This document shows, in pieces, positions 1-12,500 of a DNA stretch of 55,646 bases. The stretch is taken from contig NIVC01002172.1 of NCBI GenBank assembly GCA_002269645.1, positions 1 to 55,646 on the forward strand, written 5' to 3'. The notes below the pieces were generated by a model. The model saw nothing but the letters and a program-made list of their open reading frames with translations, did not search any database and was not told the DNA's origin. The DNA is from Macrostomum lignano (taxonomy: Eukaryota). How positions within the stretch are numbered: position 1 is the first letter of the stretch; the number at the start of each line of letters is the position of its first letter. A program made the translations under genes and the position numbers.

Positions 1-238
1 TACTCGTAGTATGAGACTATTGTATCATAATTACTGTTGCATCCTTTCAATCGATGTTGTCAGATTTTATAGCATCTGCGCCTATTTAGTATTTGCCTTT
101 AGGAATGAAACCAAAATTGTAGAAGGATTTTTATGCGTTTTTATTTTTATCACTTTTGCGGTGGTGATTAAAAACTTTCAAACTTTGTACATCGAAGCTC
201 AAAGAAAGAGCAAAACTCCTAAACAACACGCATTGTAG

Positions 239-524
239 CCCATGGCTTCGAATACAAAGGATGCTACAAAGATAGTAGAAATCGTGACCTGCCAAAACTG
301 CACAGTCATCGATCAGTAGAGCGTGGAGAGGTGTGGCCGTCTGTGCAGCTCGTACCGCTACTTCGGTGTGCAGTTCTCCAAGGAGTGCTGGTGCGGCAAC
401 TCGTACGGCAAGCACGGAAAGCGACCAGGACGCGAGTGCAACATGGCCTGCAGAGGCAACTCCAGAGAGAAGTGCGGCTCTCACTGGAGAAATAATGTCT
501 ATGCAACTCGGTCGACTGGCTCCC
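239..524 (+). CDS. WSC-domain exon with an internal frameshift near 305-322
   Basis: Acceptor cattgtag|CC and donor TCC C|gtgagt (phase 1-1). One frame reads HGFEYKGCYKDSRNRDLPK and the next reads VERCGRLCSSYRYFGVQFSKECWCGNSYG...CRGNSREKCGSHWRNNVY, the WSC 8-Cys pattern. Confidence 0.8.
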
Positions 525-3500
525 GTGAGTACATTCTCCGCATCAACACCTGAAAACGCTTGACATGACGCTGGCCAGAAAAGAGAGTACAGTATCGATA
601 TATACGCGCCGCTTGCCCTTGTAGACAGCACATGAACTGCAGGGTCCACCAATGAAAGGGTTAGCTTTAAAATCGCTGTCTCTCTAGGCTCAGTGGATCT
701 AAAATACACATTACTAGCTCGTACGTTTAGTTCTCCTTGACAGTGGTCGGCAAAAATTTATGGTCTATTTCAACTTGCAAGTAGCCTATTTAATGATGAC
801 ATGAGCGGTGGCCGATAGAATTACAAAATACAGTCACGTACTACGTACATGAAAGCTTAGAGAGGTGGCCAGACAAAGCGAAGAAAACGGGAGAGAATGA
901 TGTGCATTTACAATGCGTGCGGATAATATAGGTTACTTAGTTAGTGCCAGAGTTAGCATTCCCTACCCAAACACTATACGAGCGTATATCCAAGTTTCCT
1001 TGATGCATCTGTAATATAGCCCATTTTGATGAATCCTGACGGTGTCCACACGGAGTCAAAAAATATCCCGATGCCTTTGTCATCAGTTTAACTCCTTATG
1101 CATTTTGTGCTCACCAAATTCAATTGTGTTTTACAAATGCTCACTTGGCTTACTTTATTAAATTCGATTTGGATTTAAAGTTTTTAATATGCAGTTGCCG
1201 TTTCTAATATGCAACACTAGCTCGTAAAACTTACACTCAAATTTTGAATAATATTATGAAACGTTAAATGCCCACGAGCGCTAGGCTGCAAACGGGTGAG
1301 ATCTACACCGTCAAGCCTGTCGAGCTACAAGTCCAAGGTCGGTCAGTGCTTCGAGTTCCGAGTGACTGGTCGATTGAGAGGAAACGTGTGGGGGAGCGGG
1401 ATCTACACTGCCGACTCGTCGCTTAGCAAGGCCGCCGTACATGCAGGAATTGTGAGGAACGGCCAGACAAAGTACATCCGTGTTCGAGTGTTGAGGGTCG
1501 CAGCTCGTACCGATCCACTAGACGCAACGGCGTCAAGACGAGACGCTACGGCAGATACAGGCTTAGCTACAAGTTCATCGGCTCGCGATCGGTTCCTAGC
1601 AAGAAGCCTAGGTGTAAGTTTCGCTAGTCGTATGTCATGGTATTCTGAAGCTGTTTATAATGAAAATCACTTTGATTTCGATAAAATATACATTTCCTAT
1701 CGCCGACTGAGTTTTACGTTGCATGTGTAATCACAATGAAGAAAAAGTATAATATTTTTGCAGCATGCCCATCAGGATCAAGGTTGTCTGTGACCTCGCG
1801 TCGCACCTGCCGCTGTGCCCCGATATCTCCTGGACGGAAGTTGGGCTCGCTGATCTTTGTTATTGACATTACCGGAAGCATGGGAAGCGTGATTAACTCG
1901 GTAAAGAGCAACATCCGGCGAATTCTCTCTGCTAACACTCGATTTAGCAACTATGTTGTTGCAACCTTTGGCGATCCGTATGTGAGGCGAGTAATCAAGA
2001 CGAGGAGTATCACTGCTGTGAGAAACTTCCTGAAAAGATTGTCTGCCAGAGGAGGCGGTGACTGTCCCGAGTACGCTATGTCAGGAGCTCTGGATGCTGC
2101 AAAGAGCGCGGACTCGAACTCCGTCATGCTCCTGTTTACTGACGCTTCAGCCAAGGACAAGAGACGAGTGGGCCAGGTGTCTTCACTGGCGAAGAGGAAG
2201 CGAATTCGAGTGTTTACCGTCGAGAGCGGAAACATGTGTGGAAAAGCGCCAGAGTTTAAGCAGTTGGCCCGGAAGTCTTTTGGAGAGGTCTCCCGACTAC
2301 GATCTGGCACTTTCAACAAGGTAGGGCGTTTTATTAGAGATTCAGCTATGGCATGGCTTGCTCACGGACAACAAGAACAACGACAAACGTATAAGTATTT
2401 TCTACTCGTATTTCTATCCACAGTTGATGGAGTTCCTCAGACGCGCCGTAAAAGGAAGAATCAGCTTCAGCGCATTCCAAGAAGCCCGTCGGCGCTCAAA
2501 AAGGCTCTCAGAGGCAGTGAGTATTTCTTTTTAACATACCTTACATACGAGCAACAGTTGCAGCCAAGAGGATTATCCGTGGCATTGAAACCTACTCGTA
2601 ATTTACTACTTATGGTATGAAACAGGCGCGGAGCCTGTTAAATTGGATAATAATTTACTATAAAAGGGACTCCACAAACATCAGTTACCTGACAGTAACG
2701 ATTTCAATAATATAATTGCAGAATGCCGTTGTCGAACTGTCAGGCACCGTCGATGCAAACGATTTTCATCGCGTGAGTGCCAGATTATTTTTTATGGTGC
2801 AATACCACTATCTAAATTCGGCTTTTAAATAATATTATGAAACGTTAAATGCCCACGAGCGCTAGGCTGCAAACGGGTGAGATCTACACCGTCAAGCCTG
2901 TCGAGCTACAAGTCCAAGGTCGGTCAGTGCTTCGAGTTCCGAGTGACTGGTCGATTGAGAGGAAACGTGTGGGGGAGCGGGATCTACACTGCCGACTCGT
3001 CGCTTAGCAAGGCCGCCGTACATGCAGGAATTGTGAGGAACGGCCAGACAAAGTACATCCGTGTTCGAGTGTTGAGGGGTCGCAGCTCGTACCGATCCAC
3101 TAGACGCAACGGCGTCAAGACGAGACGCTACGGCAGATACAGGCTTAGCTACAAGTTCATCGGCTCGCGATCGGTTCCTAGCAAGAAGCCTAGGTGTAAG
3201 TTTCGCTAGTCGTATGTCATGGTATTCTGAAGCTGTTTATAATGAAAATCACTTTGATTTCGATAAAATATACATTTCCTATCGCCGACTGAGTTTTACG
3301 TTGCATGTGTAATCACAATGAAGAAAAAGTATAATATTTTTTGCAGCATGCCCATCAGGATCAAGGTTGTCTGTGACCTCGCGTCGCACCTGCCGCTGTG
3401 CCCCGATATCTCCTGGACGGAAGTTGGGCTCGCTGATCTTTGTTATTGACATTACCGGAAGCATGGGAAGCGTGATTATCTCGGTAAAGAGCAACATCCG

Positions 3501-6500
3501 GCGAATTCTCTCTGCTAACACTCGATTTAGCAACTATGTTGTTGCAACCTTTGGCGATCCGTATGTGAGGCGAGTAATCAAGACGAGGAGTATCACTGCT
3601 GTGAGAAACTTCCTGAAAAGATTGTCTGCCAGAGGAGGCGGTGACTGTCCCGAGTACGCTATGTCAGGAGCTCTGGATGCTGCAAAGAGCGCGGACTCGA
3701 ACTCCGTCATGCTCCTGTTTACTGACGCTTCAGCCAAGGACAAGAGACGAGTGGGCCAGGTGTCTTCACTGGCGAAGAGGAAGCGAATTCGAGTGTTTAC
3801 CGTCGAGAGCGGAAACATGTGTGGAAAAGCGCCAGAGTTTAAGCAGTTGGCCCGGAAGTCTTTTGGAGAGGTCTCCCGACTACGATCTGGCACTTTCAAC
3901 AAGGTAGGGCGTTTTATTAGAGATTCAGCTATGGCATGGCTTGCTCACGGACAACAAGAACAACGACAAACGTATAAGTATTTTCTACTCGTATTTCTAT
4001 CCACAGTTGATGGAGTTCCTCAGACGCGCCGTAAAAGGAAGAATCAGCTTCAGCGCATTCCCAAGAAGCCCGTCGGCGCTCAAAAAGGCTCTCAGAGGCA
4101 GTGAGTATTTCTTTTTAACATACCTTACATACGAGCAACAGTTGCAGCCAAGAGGATTATCCGTGGCATTGAAACCTACTCGTAATTTACTACTTATGGT
4201 ATGAAACAGGCGCGGAGCCTGTTAAATTGGATAATAATTTACTATAAAAGGGACTCCACAAACATCAGTTACCTGACAGTAACGATTTCAATAATATAAT
4301 TGCAGAATGCCGTTGTCGAACTGTCAGGCACCGTCGATGCAAACGAGTTTCATCGCGTGAGTGCCAGATTATTTTTTATGGTGCAATACCACTATCTAAA
4401 TTTGGCTTTTAAATAATATTAAACTAATCTATTAATTAAACTATAATTAAACTATAATAATATTACACTATATCTACTAATAGATGTCTCAATGAACAAT
4501 GGTTTATAGACTAGACTAATCCAAGAGAGGTGCGCGTGCCAGCCGATTGAATCTAGTTGGAGCCTTTAATATTCGTAGTCGTAACTAAAATGATGCCCTT
4601 CTGACCTTCCAGCGGCCGGAGTGAAGTACGTCGGCTGCTTCAAGGACAATCGCAACAGGGATTTGCCGGTAGTTTACACTGCCAACTACAAGACGACAAA
4701 GGCTTACTGCTTCCGCTATTGTCGAGCCAAGGGCTACAGGTACTTTGGTCTGCAAAACGGCAATGCGTGCACCTGCGGAAACACCGTCGGTCGGTATGGA
4801 AGAGCGTCGAGCAAGGATTGCGCCAGGTCCACCTGTAAGGGCGACAAGAGGTCCAAATGTGGTGGACCATGGAGGAACAGCGTCTTCACAACCGGACTGA
4901 AGCCCAAGAGCTTCAAGAGTAAGTGTGCAGTCAAGCAGAAAATTCGCTTTCCACGCTCGCTCGTAGGCTCGTAGGGTACATAAGCCTTTTTAAAGTAAAA
5001 CGGTGAAGTGAGACATTTTGGCCCTGAAAGTTTCAATCCAGTTTGAATGTATTTCCAACCAATGAACGCGCTCCAGCAAGCAAAAGCTGAGCACATGATC
5101 CCAGTCTTAGCTAATGAAAAGTAGACATCCTTTCCCTACAACAGACTGAACCTTCGGTTCCCCCGAACAATTAGAACCTACCATAGACTTGAGTTAATCT
5201 CGAGATTGCGAACACCAAATACAATACAACGGTCAGTAAGTTAACATCAATTGATTGCATCATCAGGAAAAGTTAGTCGAATCCGCCGCCTTAGTTATTT
5301 GGCTCTCACATTGGTAATTGAAGTTATTATTGAGCTTAGTAGTGAGAGATCAGAAGACCAAAGACACCCAAGTTATAGACATATATAAAAAATTTCAACG
5401 GGCTGGCTCTGTCCGTGTCTTGGATTAGGAGCCAACCAGCTGGGGTTTTACTGACCTGCGTGTGCCCACTATTTCTTTTTTAAGCACCTGGAATGTCTCA
5501 CATTGGCTGCTTTGTTGACGGCCGGAGGCGCGATCTTCCAACTGTGGGAGGAAAAGGCAGCATAACTGTTGGAAGGTGCTACGGACTGTGCAAGAAAAAG
5601 GGATTCCGATTCTTTGGCGTTCAGATAGGAAAACAGTGCTGGTGCGGCAACCACTACGGTCGCTACGGCCGACGCGACAAACGCGAGTGCCGCTACCAGT
5701 GCAGAGGAGACAAGACGACCTACTGTGGCGGCTCCTGGAGAAACGACGTGTACGCTACCGGACTCGAAGAGCACGCCTCCGGAGTTACCCTACTTGGCTG
5801 CTTCCGCGACAATTCGAAGCGCGACTTGCCCCTTGTACACGGCGCCGGTCACCGGACCACAAAGGCGTACTGTCTGAAGTACTGCAAGTCTCGCGGCTAC
5901 AGGTACTTTGGCCTCCAGGCTGGATCTGCGTGCACCTGCGGCAACAAATATGGCAGCTTTGGCCGAGTCAATGCAAAGCAGTGCAGAACGCGCTGTAGAG
6001 GCGACAAAAGACGAACCTGCGGCGGCTCTTGGAGAAACTCTGTCTACTCGACTGGAATCGGCAGCAAGCCTGTTCGTCGTGAGTACAACAGTACAGATTC
6101 GCAATTGATTGCTTTTTTGTCCACCTAGCTCGTGTTTATATTAGTTTGCAGCTCTCAGTTGAGAACTATGCGATGCCTCACTAATTGCGCGCGCCGTTTC
6201 TCTTCCTTCCATAAATACGAGTAGTTTCAAGCAATATAAGGTGGCTAATTTGAAATTGTGCGCAAATTAGTCTGACATCTTGAAACTTTAAATGCATTAA
6301 ATATCATCAGCGAAAGCGTGGGCGTCCAAGAGTTGAGCCTTTCTCATAAGTTGTTTACATAAACGACAGCAAATAATGTGTACAGTAGTAGTCTGTCGCT
6401 ACCGCTTTCAGTGCCCGGATTGAAGCATCTCGGCTGCTATCTGGACAAGAGCTCCAGAGATCTTAGAAAGCTGGTTCTCTCCGGATCAGTTACTGTGCCA

Positions 6501-9500
6501 AAGTGCTACAAGGCGTGCAAAGCCAGGAAATATCGCTTCTTCGGTGTGCAAAATGGCTACCAGTGCTGGTGCGGCAACCACTATGGCAGGTACAGAATCC
6601 GATCAAACTTGGAGTGCAGAGTACAGTGCAGAGGAGACAAGTCGACCTACTGCGGAGGCGCGTGGAGAAACAATGTCTACGCGACGGGTGTTGTCGTCGC
6701 CAGCAAAGGTAACCGAGTCTGTCAACAGGTTTACGCTTGTAGCTTTCTGGAGATCCAAGCAATCCTAGTGTACTGCTGTTTTTCGTTGCGCCATCTAGCC
6801 ATTTAGCCAGCAGCACTACTAATAGATGTCTCAATGAACAATGGTTTATAGACTAGACTAATCCAAGAGAGGTGGGCGATGCCAGCCGATTGAATCTAGT
6901 TGGAGCGTTTAATATTCGTAGTCGTAACTAAAATGATGCCCTTCTGATCTTCCAGCGGCCGGAGTGAAGTACGTCGGCTGCTTCAAGGACAATCGCTACA
7001 GGGATTTGCCGGTAGTTTACACTGCCAACTACAAGACGACAAAGGCTTACTGCTTCCGCTATTGTCGAGCCAAGGGCTACAGGTACTTTGGTCTGCAAAA
7101 CGGCAATGCGTGCACCTGCGGAAACACCGTCGGTCGGTATGGAAAGCGTCGAGCAAGGATTGCGCCAGGTCCACCTGTAAGGGCGACAAGAGGTCCAAAT
7201 GTGGTGGACCATGGAGGAACAGCGTCTTCACAACCGGACTGAAGCCCAAGAGCTTCAAGAGTAAGTGTGCAGTCAAGCAGAAAATTCGCTTTCCACGCTC
7301 GCTCGTAGGCTCGTACGGTATATTAGATATTTTTGAATGTAAAACGAGATTGCTCTGTACGGTTTGGATGGGGTTTTGCTGACCTGCATGTGCCCACTAT
7401 TTCTCTTTTAAGCACCTGGAATGTCTCACATTGGCTGCTTTGTTGACGGCCGGAGGCGCGATCTTCCAACTGTGGGAGGAAAAGGCAGCATAACTGTTGG
7501 AAGGTGCTACGGACTGTGCAAGAAAAAGGGATTCCGATTCTTTGGCGTTCAGATAGGAAAACAGTGCTGGTGCGGCAACCACTACGGTCGCTACGGCCGA
7601 CGCGACAAACGCGAGTGCCGCTACCAGTGCAGAGGAGACAAGACGACCTACTGTGGCGGCTCCTGGAGAAACGACGTGTACGCTACCGGACTCGAAGAGC
7701 ACGCCTCCGGAGTTACCCTACTTGGCTGCTTCCGCGACAATTCGAAGCGCGACTTGCCCCTTGTACACGGCGCCGGTCACCGGACCACAAAGGCGTACTG
7801 TCTGAAGTACTGCAAGTCTCGCGGCTACAGGTACTTTGGCCTCCAGGCTGGATCTGCGTGCACCTGCGGCAACAAATATGGCAGCTTTGGCCGAGTCAAT
7901 GCAAAGCAGTGCAGAACGCGCTGTAGAGGCGACAAAAGACGAACCTGCGGCGGCTCTTGGAGAAACTCTGTCTACTCGACTGGAATCGGCAGCAAGCCTG
8001 TTCGTCGTGAGTACAACAGTACAGATTCGCAATTGATTGCTTTTTTGTCCACCTAGCTCGTGTTTATATTAGTTTGCAGCTCTCAGTTGAGAACTATGCG
8101 ATGCCTCACTAATTGCGCGCGCCGTTTCTCTTCCTTCCATAAATACGAGTAGTTTCAAGCAATATAAGGTGGCTAATTTGAAATTGTGCGCAAATTAGTC
8201 TGACATCTTGAAACTTTAAATGCATTAAATATCATCAGCGAAAGCGTGGGCGTCCAAGAGTTGAGCCTTTCTCATAAGTTGTTTACATAAACGACAGCAA
8301 ATAATGTGTACAGTAGTAGTCTGTCGCTACCGCTTTCAGTGCCCGGATTGAAGCATCTCGGCTGCTATCTGGACAAGAGCTCCAGAGATCTTAGAAAGCT
8401 GGTTCTCTCCGGATCAGTTACTGTGCCAAAGTGCTACAAGGCGTGCAAAGCCAGGAAATATCGCTTCTTCGGTGTGCAAAATGGCTACCAGTGCTGGTGC
8501 GGCAACCACTATGGCAGGTACAGAATCCGATCAAACTTGGAGTGCAGAGTACAGTGCAGAGGAGACAAGTCGACCTACTGCGGAGGCGCGTGGAGAAACA
8601 ATGTCTACGCGACGGGTGTTGTCGTCGCCAGCAAAGGTAACCGAGTCTGTCAACAGGTTTACGCTTGTAGCTTTCTGGAGATCCAAGCAATCCTAGTGTA
8701 CTGCTGTTTTTCGTTGCGCCATCTAGCCATTTAGCCAGCAGCACTACTAATAGATGTCTCAATGAACAATGGTTTATAGACTAGAATAATCCAAGAGAGG
8801 TGGGCGATGCCAGCCGATTGAATCTAGTTGGAGCGTTTAATATTCGTAGTCGTAACTAAAATGATGCCCTTCTGATCTTCCAGCGGCCGGAGTGAAGTAC
8901 GTCGGCTGCTTTAAGGACAATCGCTACAGGGATTTGCCGGTAGTTTACACTGCCAACTACAAGACGACAAAGGCTTACTGCTTCCGCTATTGTCGAGCCA
9001 AGGGCTACAGGTACTTTGGTCTGCAAAACGGCAATGCGTGCACCTGCGGAAACACCGTCGGTCGGTATGGAAGAGCGTCGAGCAAGGATTGCGCCAGGTC
9101 CACCTGTAAGGGCGACAAGAGGTCCAAATGTGGTGGACCATGGAGGAACAGCGTCTTCACAACCGGACTGAAGCCCAAGAGCTTCAAGAGTAAGTGTGCA
9201 GTCAAGCAGAAAATTCGCTTTCCACGCTCGCTCGTAGGCTCGTACGGTATATTAGATATTTTTGAATGTAAAACGAGATTGCTCTGTACGGTTTGGATGG
9301 GGTTTTGCTGACCTGCATGTGCCCACTATTTCTCTTTTAAGCACCTGGAATGTCTCACATTGGCTGCTTTGTTGACGGCCGGAGGCGCGATCTTCCAACT
9401 GTGGGAGGAAAAGGCAGCATAACTGTTGGAAGGTGCTACGGACTGTGCAAGAAAAAGGGATTCCGATTCTTTGGCGTTCAGATAGGAAAACAGTGCTGGT

Positions 9501-12500
9501 GCGGCAACCACTACGGTCGCTACGGCCGACGCGACAAACGCGAGTGCCGCTACCAGTGCAGAGGAGACAAGACGACCTACTGTGGCGGCTCCTGGAGAAA
9601 CGACGTGTACGCTACCGGACTCGAAGAGCACGCCTCCGGAGTTACCCTACTTGGCTGCTTCCGCGACAATTCGAAGCGCGACTTGCCCCTTGTACACGGC
9701 GCCGGTCACCGGACCACAAAGGCGTACTGTCTGAAGTACTGCAAGTCTCGCGGCTACAGGTACTTTGGCCTCCAGGCTGGATCTGCGTGCACCTGCGGCA
9801 ACAAATATGGCAGCTTTGGCCGAGTCAATGCAAAGCAGTGCAGAACGCGCTGTAGAGGCGACAAAAGACGAACCTGCGGCGGCTCTTGGAGAAACTCTGT
9901 CTACTCGACTGGAATCGGCAGCAAGCCTGTTCGTCGTGAGTACAACAGTACAGATTCGCAATTGATTGCTTTTTTGTCCACCTAGCTCGTGTTTATATTA
10001 GTTTGCAGCTCTCAGTTGAGAACTATGCGATGCCTCACTAATTGCGCGCGCCGTTTCTCTTCCTTCCATAAATACGAGTAGTTTCAAGCAATATAAGGTG
10101 GCTAATTTGAAATTGTGCGCAAATTAGTCTGACATCTTGAAACTTTAAATGCATTAAATATCATCAGCGAAAGCGTGGGCGTCCAAGAGTTGAGCCTTTC
10201 TCATAAGTTGTTTACATAAACGACAGCAAATAATGTGTACAGTAGTAGTCTGTCGCTACCGCTTTCAGTGCCCGGATTGAAGCATCTCGGCTGCTATCTG
10301 GACAAGAGCTCCAGAGATCTTAGAAAGCTGGTTCTCTCCGGATCAGTTACTGTGCCAAAGTGCTACAAGGCGTGCAAAGCCAGGAAATATCGCTTCTTCG
10401 GTGTGCAAAATGGCTACCAGTGCTGGTGCGGCAACCACTATGGCAGGTACAGAATCCGATCAAACTTGGAGTGCAGAGTACAGTGCAGAGGAGACAAGTC
10501 GACCTACTGCGGAGGCGCGTGGAGAAACAATGTCTACGCGACGGGTGTTGTCGTCGCCAGCAAAGGTAACCGAGTCTGTCAACAGGTTTACGCTTGTAGC
10601 TTTCTGGAGATCCAAGCAATCCTAGTGTACTGCTGTTTTTCGTTGCGCCATCTAGCCATTTAGCCAGCAGCACTACTAATAGATGTCTCAATGAACAATG
10701 GTTTATAGACTAGACTAATCCAAGAGAGGTGGGCGATGCCAGCCGATTGAATCTAGTTGGAGCGTTTAATATTCGTAGTCGTAACTAAAATGATGCCCTT
10801 CTGATCTTCCAGCGGCCGGAGTGAAGTACGTCGGCTGCTTCAAGGACAATCGCTACAGGGATTTGCCGGTAGTTTACACTGCCAACTACAAGACGACAAA
10901 GGCTTACTGCTTCCGCTATTGTCGAGCCAAGGGCTACAGGTACTTTGGTCTGCAAAACGGCAATGCGTGCACCTGCGGAAACACCGTCGGTCGGTATGGA
11001 AAAGCGAAGAGCAAGGATTGCGCCAGGTCCACCTGTAAGGGCGACAAGAGGTCCAAATGTGGTGGACCATGGAGGAACAGCGTCTTCACAACCGGACTGA
11101 AGCCCAAGAGCTTCAAGAGTAAGTGTGCAGTCAAGCAGAAAATTCGCTTTCCACGCTCGCTCGTAGGCTCGTACGGTATATTAGATATTTTTGAATGTAA
11201 AACGAGATTGCTCTGTACGGTTTGGATGGGGTTTTGCTGACCTGCATGTGCCCACTATTTCTCTTTTAAGCACCTGGAATGTCTCACATTGGCTGCTTTG
11301 TTGACGGCCGGAGGCGCGATCTTCCAACTGTGGGAGGAAAAGGCAGCATAACTGTTGGAAGGTGCTACGGACTGTGCAAGAAAAAGGGATTCCGATTCTT
11401 TGGCGTTCAGATAGGAAAACAGTGCTGGTGCGGCAACCACTACGGTCGCTACGGCCGACGCGACAAACGCGAGTGCCGCTACCAGTGCAGAGGAGACAAG
11501 ACGACCTACTGTGGCGGCTCCTGGAGAAACGACGTGTACGCTACCGGACTCGAAGAGCACGCCTCCGGAGTTACCCTACTTGGCTGCTTCCGCGACAATT
11601 CGAAGCGCGACTTGCCCCTTGTACACGGCGCCGGTCACCGGACCACAAAGGCGTACTGTCTGAAGTACTGCAAGTCTCGCGGCTACAGGTACTTTGGCCT
11701 CCAGGCTGGATCTGCGTGCACCTGCGGCAACAAATATGGCAGCTTTGGCCGAGTCAATGCAAAGCAGTGCAGAACGCGCTGTAGAGGCGACAAAAGACGA
11801 ACCTGCGGCGGCTCTTGGAGAAACTCTGTCTACTCGACTGGAATCGGCAGCAAGCCTGTTCGTCGTGAGTACAACAGTACAGATTCGCAATTGATTGCTT
11901 TTTTGTCCACCTAGCTCGTGTTTATATTAGTTTGCAGCTCTCAGTTGAGAACTATGCGATGCCTCACTAATTGCGCGCGCCGTTTCTCTTCCTTCCATAA
12001 ATACGAGTAGTTTCAAGCAATATAAGGTGGCTAATTTGAAATTGTGCGCAAATTAGTCTGACATCTTGAAACTTTAAATGCATTAAATATCATCAGCGAA
12101 AGCGTGGGCGTCCAAGAGTTGAGCCTTTCTCATAAGTTGTTTACATAAACGACAGCAAATAATGTGTACAGTAGTAGTCTGTCGCTACCGCTTTCAGTGC
12201 CCGGATTGAAGCATCTCGGCTGCTATCTGGACAAGAGCTCCAGAGATCTTAGAAAGCTGGTTCTCTCCGGATCAGTTACTGTGCCAAAGTGCTACAAGGC
12301 GTGCAAAGCCAGGAAATATCGCTTCTTCGGTGTGCAAAATGGCTACCAGTGCTGGTGCGGCAACCACTATGGCAGGTACAGAATCCGATCAAACTTGGAG
12401 TGCAGAGTACAGTGCAGAGGAGACAAGTCGACCTACTGCGGAGGCGCGTGGAGAAACAATGTCTACGCGACGGGTGTTGTCGTCGCCAGCAAAGGTAACC

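Larger units (their letters stand above)
1248..4420 (+). repeat. Direct tandem duplication (~1583-bp period) of the LCCL-VWA cassette including introns
   Basis: 1248-2830 is nearly identical to 2831-4420. The motif AATAATATTA marks all three junctions (~1248, ~2828, ~4412). Confidence 0.92.

Noticed and set aside
131-709. 192-aa minus-strand ORF
   Set aside because: It is antisense to the first WSC exon and introns, with no recognisable motif.
6378-6806. ORF-track proteins as stand-alone intronless genes (e.g. MYSSSLSL...RHLAI, with GTG starts)
   Set aside because: Their N- and C-terminal extensions run through clear splice sites into introns, and there are no signal peptides or separate promoters.
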